Assembly: GCA_903825105.1 (NCBI GenBank)
Contig: CAIJZI010000005.1
Location: 18,821-82,820 of the forward strand
Direction of reading: 5' to 3'
Length of the DNA stretch: 64,000 nucleotides
DNA from: an uncultured bacterium
GTDB taxonomy: Bacteria > Patescibacteriota > Minisyncoccia > Phycocordibacterales > Phycocordibacteraceae
The position numbers and the translations under genes are program-made. The notes under the pieces were generated by a model. The model had not been told where the DNA came from. It saw only the letters and a list, made by a program, of their open reading frames with translations, and did no database searches. Positions 47,492-55,609 of this stretch are shown here, one piece after another. The first letter of the stretch is position 1, and the number at the start of each line of letters is the position of its first letter.

Positions 47492-47986
47492 ATGGCACAA
47501 GCGATTTGTAAATTGTGCGGGAAATCTTTTTATGTAAAACCGCACTGGCTTAAGGTTGGTTATGGTAAATATTGTTCGGCAGATTGTCACCACGCAGGTA
47601 TGAAAAATGGGAAGGAAGTTCCTTGTGCAGTGTGCGGAAAATTATCTTATAAAACTCAAAAAGGTCTCAAGGGTTCAAAAAGTGGCAAGTATTTCTGCAC
47701 CAAAAGATGCCAAACACTCTGGCGTAATCAGCTTTATATTGGCTCGGCGCATAAAAATTTTAAGACAGGAGAATTTGTCTATCGGGCAGTGATGGAACGG
47801 AACAAGGTTCCAAAAATATGCAAATTGTGTAAAACTACAGATTACCGAGTCTTGGCGGCACATCACCTCGACAAGAACCGGAAAAACAACGCATTAGAAA
47901 ATCTCGTATGGCTTTGCCACAATTGCCATTTTCTTGTGCATCATTCTGAACCAGAACGAGAGAAACTGATAAAAGTGAAAAAATAA
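47492..47986 (+). CDS. HNH endonuclease with zinc-ribbon repeats (paralog of 38827..39303)
   Basis: repeated CxxCG...C modules then HHLDKNRKNNALENLVWLCHNCH; stop 1 nt before tRNA-His. Confidence 0.8.
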   Translation: MAQAICKLCGKSFYVKPHWLKVGYGKYCSADCHHAGMKNGKEVPCAVCGKLSYKTQKGLKGSKSGKYFCTKRCQTLWRNQLYIGSAHKNFKTGEFVYRAVMERNKVPKICKLCKTTDYRVLAAHHLDKNRKNNALENLVWLCHNCHFLVHHSEPEREKLIKVKK

Positions 47987-47987
47987 T

Positions 47988-48065
47988 GGTGGTCGTAGCT
48001 CAATTGGCTAGAGCATCTGCTTGTGGAGCAGAAGGTTGTGGGATCGTCCCCCATCGACCACCCCA
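47988..48065 (+). tRNA. tRNA-His (anticodon GTG) with G-1 and encoded CCA
   Basis: 8-bp acceptor ggtggtcg/cgaccacc, anticodon loop tTGTGga, T-loop atcgtcc. Confidence 0.85.
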
Positions 48066-48072
48066 AACACGA

Positions 48073-48105
48073 GTTGACAAATAAGTTGGTAGCTGTATTA
48101 TAAAT
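48073..48105 (+). promoter_or_regulatory. sigma70-like promoter TTGACA-N17-TATTAT upstream of 48148 gene
   Basis: consensus hexamers read directly after tRNA-His. Confidence 0.4.
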
Positions 48106-48147
48106 TTCGGATTGCACGACGATACCCTCTGAACTGAAAGGGAAGAG

Positions 48148-48615
48148 ATGAAGACTTTTGAGGAACAGCAACAAATGCTCGATGAGTTTTTTGAACAAAT
48201 CATCGCTCAAACAAAAGCGTTTGTTGAACAAAACGAACTCATTCCGCTTGGTCGCCGTTACGAATTTTCTGTCAGTGTGAGGCGTCGCAGGACGGGAATT
48301 AATCTCACCACTAAAAAGAAAATGAGCACAGTGCCGCGCTGGAAGATGACCAACGAACTTCCGTCCGATCAAGATTGGGAGCAAATCTTTGCTCTGCCCC
48401 AGCTGGATCCTGCAATCTATGGACCTGGCACAGGGCCAAGCTTTCTTAAAGAGACACTCGAAGAGGTCAAGAAAGCAAATTCTGGCAATGGGACTTACAT
48501 TCGTTACGGATCGGGCTATGTTTCAAAAATCAACAAAATCCTCGAAGAGGCCAACAGCGAATTCCGTTTGTTTTCTCGGGGTAGCGAACAGTACATCCTC
48601 AGAAGGATTCAGTAA
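48148..48615 (+). CDS. hypothetical cytoplasmic protein
   Basis: 155 aa; no family recognised. Confidence 0.35.
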   Translation: MKTFEEQQQMLDEFFEQIIAQTKAFVEQNELIPLGRRYEFSVSVRRRRTGINLTTKKKMSTVPRWKMTNELPSDQDWEQIFALPQLDPAIYGPGTGPSFLKETLEEVKKANSGNGTYIRYGSGYVSKINKILEEANSEFRLFSRGSEQYILRRIQ

Positions 48616-48701
48616 AACAAAACCTTCAACAGGCTCCGCGATTTTATGCGGGGCCTTTTTCATTCAAAAACAAAAATGCTGGGCGGTGGTATTATGAATA
48701 T

Positions 48702-49340
48702 ATGAAAGGATTTTTACTTGGCGTTTTGGCTACCGTGATTATTGTTGGGGCAGGGCTCTGGTATAGGAATGCTTCTGAGCATTCGTCACAGCCGATCGCT
48801 TGCCCGATGGACGCTCTTGTCTGCCCCGACGGCACTTCAGTAGGGCGCACAGGGCTCTCCTGCACCTTTCCTATATGCCCGCCACCAAATGTTTCTCTCC
48901 CCGATGTTGGGATTTCTTTTGCTATCCCCGAAGGATTTTCTACAACTGAAGTCTCTGACGATTCGAGTGTTGCGGCATATCAAATGAAAGAAGCATCATC
49001 CACTTCAAATATCATCATTCGCCAATATGCGATCACTGCATCATCGAGCGCTCTCGACACCATTAAACAAACAGCGATAAGTAGTGCTTCTGGTATGCCA
49101 GTCAGCGCGACTTTATTTTCTTCAAAAACGCTCGGCACGCACCGCTTCACCGTTGTTTCGATTGAACGATTCGAAGGTGTCGTCGACACGGCATATTATC
49201 TCGCTCGCGAGGCTGATGTTCTGCGTTTCGACGCGATTGACCAAGGCGTGACCAGTTGGACTGATCCAAAACTCGATACTTCAAAATTGCCGGCGAATGC
49301 GGCACTTCAAAAACTCCTCACGACTCTGCAGGGAAATTAA
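48702..49340 (+). CDS. hypothetical membrane-anchored secreted protein with Cys-rich N-region
   Basis: N-terminal TM then CPMDALVCPDG..CTFPICPP. Confidence 0.35.
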   Translation: MKGFLLGVLATVIIVGAGLWYRNASEHSSQPIACPMDALVCPDGTSVGRTGLSCTFPICPPPNVSLPDVGISFAIPEGFSTTEVSDDSSVAAYQMKEASSTSNIIIRQYAITASSSALDTIKQTAISSASGMPVSATLFSSKTLGTHRFTVVSIERFEGVVDTAYYLAREADVLRFDAIDQGVTSWTDPKLDTSKLPANAALQKLLTTLQGN

Positions 49341-49381
49341 ACAGGTGTACAATGTGAGTACTAATAACTAACTTTTTTCTT

Positions 49382-50191
49382 ATGAACGAAAACTGTATGT
49401 GCAAACTGTGTAAAGGTCACGGCATTCGTATCGCGGGTTTCGCGGTCTTGGTAGTCCTCGCTCTATTCTTGCTCGCTCAGACGATACTTGCTTTCGGGAA
49501 TTTTGGCCGCCCAAATAACCCAGCGACCGACACAATTACGGTGAGTGGCGATGGCCAAGCGACACTCCCACCCGATGTCGCTAAAGTTTCTTTCTCTGTT
49601 CAAAATACGACAGTGACTGTTTCTGACGCACAGGATAAAACAACCGTACAAACGAACTCCGCTCTCGCATTTGTAAAAGAGCAGGGAATCGCAGATAAGG
49701 ATGTAAAGACGGCTTCATATAACATCACGCCGCAGTATTCGTATCCAAACCCTTGTACGGGCGGAGTGATGTGCCCAGTGTATAGCGGCTCGCCAAAGGT
49801 CACAGGCTATGAGGTATCTGAAACGATTCAAGTGACTATTCACGATCTAACCGCTGTTGGTAAGCTCCTCTCGGGGCTCGGAAAATTGTCGGTACAGAAT
49901 ATCTCTGGTCCTAACTTCACGCTAAATGACACGAGTGCCGGCTACGACGCTGCGCGCGCTGACGCGATAAACAAAGCGAAGCTACAGGCAACACTGCTCG
50001 CGAAGCAGCTTGGTATTAAACTCGGCAAGATTGTTAATTTTTCTGAATCGTCTGGCGGGTATCAATATCCGATGTATGCGACCGGTATGGGTATGGGTGC
50101 TTCAGATATGAAAGCAGAGGCGACGCCGTCAGTCCCTGCGGGCGAAAACACCTATAACGCCTCGGTCTCGATAACCTACGAAATTAGATAA
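49382..50191 (+). CDS. SIMPL-domain (DUF541) protein
   Basis: TITVSGDGQATLPPDVAKVSFSV start of SIMPL fold, N-terminal TM. Confidence 0.6.
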   Translation: MNENCMCKLCKGHGIRIAGFAVLVVLALFLLAQTILAFGNFGRPNNPATDTITVSGDGQATLPPDVAKVSFSVQNTTVTVSDAQDKTTVQTNSALAFVKEQGIADKDVKTASYNITPQYSYPNPCTGGVMCPVYSGSPKVTGYEVSETIQVTIHDLTAVGKLLSGLGKLSVQNISGPNFTLNDTSAGYDAARADAINKAKLQATLLAKQLGIKLGKIVNFSESSGGYQYPMYATGMGMGASDMKAEATPSVPAGENTYNASVSITYEIR

Positions 50192-50192
50192 A

Positions 50193-50242
50193 AACAAGGT
50201 TCAACCTTAAATCCGAATTCTCAAGGTTGAACCTTGTTTTCC
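50193..50242 (+). terminator. intrinsic terminator aacaaggttcaacctt...aaggttgaaccttgtt + TTTT
   Basis: 16-bp stem, T tail. Confidence 0.7.
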
Positions 50243-50327
50243 ACAGCTCTTGACTCAAAGCATGCGTCATACTATGATGCTGGTATAAGAGCCCGCAGGG
50301 CTTTTTTAATTACCGAACATTTCTTCT

Positions 50328-50516
50328 ATGAATGCACTCATCTCATATCTGAAACATGTGCGCGAAGAATTCACTCATATCGTGTGGCCCTCGCGCCGCA
50401 CGGCGATTGCTCACACCTTCGTTGTTATCTTTATCGCCGCAGCGATAGCGATTCTCGTTGGCCTTCTCGACTACGGATTCGGCTTGGTCGTGAATCATAT
50501 TATTCTCGGCAACTAA
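50328..50516 (+). CDS. secE: preprotein translocase subunit SecE
   Basis: 62 aa, EFTHIVWPSRR then single TM; precedes nusG. Confidence 0.8.
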   Translation: MNALISYLKHVREEFTHIVWPSRRTAIAHTFVVIFIAAAIAILVGLLDYGFGLVVNHIILGN

Positions 50517-50525
50517 TATTTTCTT

Positions 50526-51071
50526 ATGGAAAACGCTGACAAAAAGAAAGAAGCGAAGTGGTACACAGTGCACGCGTATGCGGGATACGAAAACGCTGTT
50601 GAACGCAATTTAAAACAGCGCATCGAGTCGCTGGGGATGGAAGACAAAATTTTTGAAGTGGTTGTGCCAACAGAGAAAAAAATTCGCGTGAAGGGAGGGA
50701 AGCGTGTCGTCGAAGAAGAAAAAATTTATCCGGGATATATTCTCGTGCACATGATTGTTGATGACGATTCGTGGTTCGTGGTACGCAATACGCCACGCGT
50801 GACCGGCTTTGTCGGCAGTGGCACCACACCAGTCCCGATGGAAGATTCTGAAGTCTCTTCTCTTATGAAAAGAATGAATGCCGAGGCGCCGAAGCACCAC
50901 ATCGATCTTATGAAAGATGATCCGGTCGTCATCGCCGACGGCCCATTTAAAGACCTCGAGGGGAAGGTGAGTGACATTGATGAAGATAGAGGGAAGGTGA
51001 AGGTAATGGTCTCGATGTTCGGCCGCGAAACGCCCGTCGAGTTGGACTTTTTGCAAATCAGGAAATTATAA
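50526..51071 (+). CDS. nusG: transcription termination/antitermination factor NusG
   Basis: WYTVHAYAGYEN NGN domain and C-terminal KOW. Confidence 0.9.
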   Translation: MENADKKKEAKWYTVHAYAGYENAVERNLKQRIESLGMEDKIFEVVVPTEKKIRVKGGKRVVEEEKIYPGYILVHMIVDDDSWFVVRNTPRVTGFVGSGTTPVPMEDSEVSSLMKRMNAEAPKHHIDLMKDDPVVIADGPFKDLEGKVSDIDEDRGKVKVMVSMFGRETPVELDFLQIRKL

Positions 51072-51088
51072 GGTAAAGTCTGAATATT

Positions 51089-51508
51089 ATGGCTACCGTA
51101 GTTAAAAAGATTAAATTACAGATTCAAGGCGGCGCAGCGACTTCTGCTCCTCCTGTTGGCACCGCGCTCGGTCCTGCTGGCGTGAACATTGGTCAGTTCG
51201 TGTCTCAATTTAACGAGGCGACTAAGGACAAAAAGGGGATGGTGATCCCGATCGAGCTCTCGGTCTACGATGATCGCTCATTTACCTTCATAATGAAGAA
51301 CCCGCCAGCCTCACGATTGATTCTCAAGGCGCTTGGTCTCGAGAAGGGGGCGAATAAGCCACGAGAACAAAAAGTGGGCACGCTCACGAAGGCGCAGGTA
51401 GCGGAGATTGTGAAAGAAAAAATGCCCGATCTTAATGCGAGCAGCCCAGAAGCAGCCGCGAAGATTATCGAAGGGACAGCAAGATCGATGGGGATTGATG
51501 TGAAGTAA
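51089..51508 (+). CDS. rplK: 50S ribosomal protein L11
   Basis: [26 protein letters not shown]. Confidence 0.9.
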   Translation: MATVVKKIKLQIQGGAATSAPPVGTALGPAGVNIGQFVSQFNEATKDKKGMVIPIELSVYDDRSFTFIMKNPPASRLILKALGLEKGANKPREQKVGTLTKAQVAEIVKEKMPDLNASSPEAAAKIIEGTARSMGIDVK

Positions 51509-51522
51509 GAAACATTTAGAAA

Positions 51523-51562
51523 AAGCAAACGCGGCGGCCTCTGGCCGCCGCGTTTGCTTTTT
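51523..51562 (+). terminator. intrinsic terminator aagcaaacgcggcggcc-tctg-gccgccgcgtttgctt + TTT
   Basis: 17-bp stem; directly after rplK, no rplA follows. Confidence 0.7.
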
Positions 51563-51619
51563 GTCTCTCCAGCGCGTAGAGTCGATTTGGATAGTTCCAA
51601 AAATACAAAGGAGTTTATC

Positions 51620-53008
51620 ATGGCAGATGAAAGGATTTTAGGTTTGAATCATGCAGTGCGCGAGTTCCCAGGCGGATTCGTGCTTGTCCTCAACACCGGC
51701 GCAATTATCACACCCGAAGCAGAAGCGATGCTCCAGGCACTTCATTCGTGCTCGACAGGTGGTATCCGCGAGCATCTGAACACACTCGCGAACAAAGGCG
51801 CCGAGAAGTTCATGGAAAGCTTCTATGTCGGCTATGGGCACAAATCGATCGGCGATTGTGGCACGACCACAATCTTCATCGAGGGCGTGTCCATGCTGGT
51901 CGCTAAAGCGATTCAAGACTGGCTGCTCTATTCTGGTCAGGAAGCATCGACGCGATACATCGATTTCTCGAAACAGCGGTTCGTTGACCCAGTCGGTTCG
52001 GAGGAATCTAAACGGATTCTCGAAGAGTGGCGTACATTCTATCTCGCGTCTCAAGAACCGGTACGGGAGCATCTGCGCAAGCAGTTCCCGCGCAATGAAG
52101 GAGAAGACGAGGTAGTGTACGAGAAGGCAATCAAAGCGAGAAGTTTCGACATCTTGCGCGGATTTCTTCCGGCCGGCGCCTCGACCAATCTCGCGTGGCA
52201 CACTAACCTGCGCCAAGCAGCGGATCACCTGATGCTTCTTCGGCATCATCCGCTCGCTGAAGTTCGGATGGTCGCAGAAGCGATCGAGGAAGCGCTCAAA
52301 GAAGCACATCCAAGTTCATTCGTGCACAAGCGGCACGGAGAAACCGAGAGCTATAACAGCTTCTGGATGAACAACCTGTACTACTTCCTTGGCGATCCAG
52401 GAGATGAAAGTCCTCTGGTCGCCAACACTGCCGACAGTTTCTTTATGGCGTATAACTCAATCAATTCGCATTCTCTTGCAGAATACGAACTGATGATGAG
52501 AAACCGCCCACCAAAAACAGAACTGCCGAAACAGATCGCTGAAGCTGGCATGATGCAGTTCGAATTCCTCATCGACTTCGGCTCATTTCGCGATATTCAG
52601 CGTCAACGCTCAATCATTCAGCGGATGCCGCTGGTCACTGCAAGATTCGGCATGCATCCGTGGTATCTCGAATCTTTGCCGAGTTTAGAGAGAATCGACG
52701 CTGCGTTTCTTATTCAGGCGCAGATCGACGAGATCGCACAACTCGAAGCCTCTGCAGAAGTTCGGCAGTACTACTATCCGATGGGGATGTGTGTGCCGTG
52801 TCGGGTAACCGGGGATCTCGCAGCGCTTGTTTATGTGGTAGAGCTGCGGGCGCAAAAAGTTGTCCACCCAACACTTCACGAAGTGGCGCTGAAAATTGCA
52901 GACCATCTTTTGATCTGCTTCAAGAATCTCGGGCTCAAGTTATATATCGATCGCGAACAAGGGCGGTTTGATGTAAAGCGCGGGCTCCACGACATTGTTC
53001 AAAAATGA
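51620..53008 (+). CDS. thyX: ThyX-like FAD-dependent thymidylate synthase, unusually long (two ThyX-like halves)
   Basis: ARSFDILRGFLPAGASTNLAWHTNLRQAADHLMLLR and C-terminal GDLAALVYVVELRAQKVVHPTLHEVALKIADHL resemble ThyX core repeated; ATG 51620 after AAGGAG. Confidence 0.5.
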   Translation: MADERILGLNHAVREFPGGFVLVLNTGAIITPEAEAMLQALHSCSTGGIREHLNTLANKGAEKFMESFYVGYGHKSIGDCGTTTIFIEGVSMLVAKAIQDWLLYSGQEASTRYIDFSKQRFVDPVGSEESKRILEEWRTFYLASQEPVREHLRKQFPRNEGEDEVVYEKAIKARSFDILRGFLPAGASTNLAWHTNLRQAADHLMLLRHHPLAEVRMVAEAIEEALKEAHPSSFVHKRHGETESYNSFWMNNLYYFLGDPGDESPLVANTADSFFMAYNSINSHSLAEYELMMRNRPPKTELPKQIAEAGMMQFEFLIDFGSFRDIQRQRSIIQRMPLVTARFGMHPWYLESLPSLERIDAAFLIQAQIDEIAQLEASAEVRQYYYPMGMCVPCRVTGDLAALVYVVELRAQKVVHPTLHEVALKIADHLLICFKNLGLKLYIDREQGRFDVKRGLHDIVQK

Positions 53009-53097
53009 ACATTCAAGCGACGGTTTCGGCCGTCGCTTTTCTTTTGTCATTTTTATGTGTACACTCGACTTCGGATAGTTCTAAAAACGGAGGCTGT

Positions 53098-53736
53098 ATG
53101 GTGGCTGATTATGTGATTTTCGATGGAATGGATGGAAGCGGGAAGGGGACACAGATAGAACTTCTGAAGAAAAAATTCGGGGATTCAGTCGTGTTTACTC
53201 GTGAGCCGGGCGGTACGCCGTTTGCTGAGGATATACGAAAAGTTATCCTCGACAATCCGCTCGCTGGGGAATCGACTGCGCTCAACAACCTTTTGCTTTT
53301 CTTTGCAGCACGGGAGGAATTGCAAAAAAATCTTGTCGTTCCATCTCGTAAAGCGGGGAAGACCGTGTTTTCTGATCGCGGCGACTCATCAACATTTGCA
53401 TTTCAACTTTACGGAGAAATGCACACAGAATTCCTGAGCACATTTCGATTTTTAAGAAATGTGGTGTTTGGGAATTATTTCCCAAACTTGTACATCATCT
53501 TTGATTTGCCAGCCGAGACTGCTCGTAAACGAGTTATGAACGATGCGAATCGTGCGCCGAATCATTTTGATGTTCGTGGCTTGGATTACTATACGAGAGT
53601 CCGAGAAGGATTCCGTGCTTTTGAGAGATTCGCGCCGGTAGAATTCGTCAGTGCGACTCAGACAGCAGAAGAGGTACATGAGTCTGTGCTCGCGATTCTC
53701 GCAAGAAGACAGATCTTTCCAATCGGCGCGCCATAG
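53098..53736 (+). CDS. tmk: thymidylate kinase
   Basis: IFDGMDGSGKGTQ P-loop, TREPGGT, LID region; ATG 53098 after ACGGAGG. Confidence 0.85.
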   Translation: MVADYVIFDGMDGSGKGTQIELLKKKFGDSVVFTREPGGTPFAEDIRKVILDNPLAGESTALNNLLLFFAAREELQKNLVVPSRKAGKTVFSDRGDSSTFAFQLYGEMHTEFLSTFRFLRNVVFGNYFPNLYIIFDLPAETARKRVMNDANRAPNHFDVRGLDYYTRVREGFRAFERFAPVEFVSATQTAEEVHESVLAILARRQIFPIGAP

Positions 53737-53769
53737 GCGCGCCGATTTCTTTTTGCTACACTCTTAAGA

Positions 53770-55410
53770 ATGGAAGAGCGCATACGAAAAGCTATAGAAA
53801 AAGCCCTTGGGGGGCCTAGGTTTACCATTGAACGACCACCGAGTCAGGCTCAGGGTGACTATGCTGTTTTTATCGGAATGGATAAAGCAGAAAAAGTTGC
53901 TGAAGAAATTAAAAAAGAATGTGAAGACACTGTTGCGAAAGTTGAAGTGGTTAAGCCAGGATTTGTGAACATTACGCTCTCGCGCGAAGCAGTCACTTTT
54001 ATTATTGATGAAGCTGAAGTGCAGAGTAGAGGGTGGGGAATGAATACGGCGAACGCCGGTAAGAAAATAAGTGTTGAATACAGTAACCCGAATCCTTTTA
54101 AAGAAATGCACATTGGCCACCTGATGAGCAGTGTTATTGGCGAATCAGTGTCGCGTCTTGTCGAATCTTCTGGAGCGGCTGTCGCTCGCGATACCTTCGG
54201 TGGTGATGTGGGGCCGCATGTCGCTAAAGCGCTTTGGGCTCTGCGAAAAGAAGGTGTAACAGAAATAGAAAATGCGAGCCAAATTGGCGAAGCGTATCTA
54301 CGAGGCTCGACTGCGTATGAAGAAAGTGAAAAAATAAAAGAAGAAATCGACGAGTTGAATACAAAGATTTATGAATTGGTGAAAAAAAAAGAAAATACAA
54401 ATGCAGGCATCGAGGGAGAAGATCGCATTCTGCTTTCGCTCTGGCGACAGGGGCGCGAAATCTCAATGGAAGAATTTCGTCGCATCTTCGCGATTATCGG
54501 CACCAAGTTTGATTATGAATTTTTTGATAGCGATACGATCGAGCCAGGGCTCCGCGTCGTGCGCGATGGTGTAGAAAAGGGCATTTTTGAAGAGAGCGAA
54601 GGCGCGGTTATTTATCGTGGTGAAAAAATAGGTCTGCACACGCTCGTCTTTATCACGAGTCGTGGCACACCAACCTATGAGACCAAAGATGTTGGCCTCG
54701 CATTCTTAAAAGAAGAAAAAATATTGGCAGATGAAGTGATTATCGTGACCGGCTCTGAACAAAAAGGGCATTTTAAAGTGTTTATCGCGGCGCTCTCTGA
54801 GATCGCGCCACTCGTCGCAGCGAAGATGAAGCATGTCGCTCACGGGCTCCTTAGCCTAACGACCGGGAAGATGTCTTCGCGTGCGGGGAATGTAATCACT
54901 GCGACAAAGTTAATTCAAGAAATTATTGAAAAAGTGAGTGAAAAAAATGCGGACCCGCTTATCAGAGAACAGGTGGCTATCGGCGCGATTAAATATATGA
55001 TTCTGCGCCAGTCGCCAGGGTCGAATATTATTTTTGATCCAGAAAAATCATTGTCACTTGATGGCGACTCAGGGCCGTATCTTCAATACGCGCTTGTGCG
55101 CGCGCGAAAGATCCTCGCCTATGGCGACAACGGGGAAGGCGGTACGAATATCCCGCCAGAGCCGTACGCGATCGAGCGCGTCATTATTCATTTCCCAGAA
55201 ATAGTCGCGCGTGCTGCAAGAGAGCTCGCGCCAAACCTACTCGTGAATTATCTGACCGAGCTCGCTGCCGCTTGGAATTCTTTTTATGCGACCGAGCAGA
55301 TTCTTGGTAGCGCTGAAGAAGTGTATAAACAGCGCGTCGCGCGCGCCTTCGCGAACACGATGATCAACGGCCTCGCTCTTCTGGGCATTCCAGCTCCAGA
55401 AAGGATGTAG
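53770..55410 (+). CDS. argS: arginine--tRNA ligase
   Basis: SNPNPFKEMHIGHL HIGH region, DALR anticodon-binding C-terminus, 546 aa. Confidence 0.85.
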   Translation: MEERIRKAIEKALGGPRFTIERPPSQAQGDYAVFIGMDKAEKVAEEIKKECEDTVAKVEVVKPGFVNITLSREAVTFIIDEAEVQSRGWGMNTANAGKKISVEYSNPNPFKEMHIGHLMSSVIGESVSRLVESSGAAVARDTFGGDVGPHVAKALWALRKEGVTEIENASQIGEAYLRGSTAYEESEKIKEEIDELNTKIYELVKKKENTNAGIEGEDRILLSLWRQGREISMEEFRRIFAIIGTKFDYEFFDSDTIEPGLRVVRDGVEKGIFEESEGAVIYRGEKIGLHTLVFITSRGTPTYETKDVGLAFLKEEKILADEVIIVTGSEQKGHFKVFIAALSEIAPLVAAKMKHVAHGLLSLTTGKMSSRAGNVITATKLIQEIIEKVSEKNADPLIREQVAIGAIKYMILRQSPGSNIIFDPEKSLSLDGDSGPYLQYALVRARKILAYGDNGEGGTNIPPEPYAIERVIIHFPEIVARAARELAPNLLVNYLTELAAAWNSFYATEQILGSAEEVYKQRVARAFANTMINGLALLGIPAPERM

Positions 55411-55411
55411 T

Positions 55412-55591
55412 ATGAAAAACTTTTTAGAAAATAAATACAAAGATCTGCCGGGATCAAAGCCAGTGGAAAGAGCAGTAATAAAATCGAAACAAGATCCGGA
55501 ACGAAAATTCGCACCGCATTCGCGCGATGAACGAATTCAAGCCTATCTGAATCGTCTCGATAAAATAGTTGAGGACGAGCGCGGGTGGTAA
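55412..55591 (+). CDS. hypothetical small protein (59 aa)
   Basis: ATG 55412 after AAAGGA, 2 nt after argS stop; below 60 aa track cutoff. Confidence 0.3.
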   Translation: MKNFLENKYKDLPGSKPVERAVIKSKQDPERKFAPHSRDERIQAYLNRLDKIVEDERGW

Positions 55592-55609
55592 CTTCTGAAA
55601 AATAAAATT

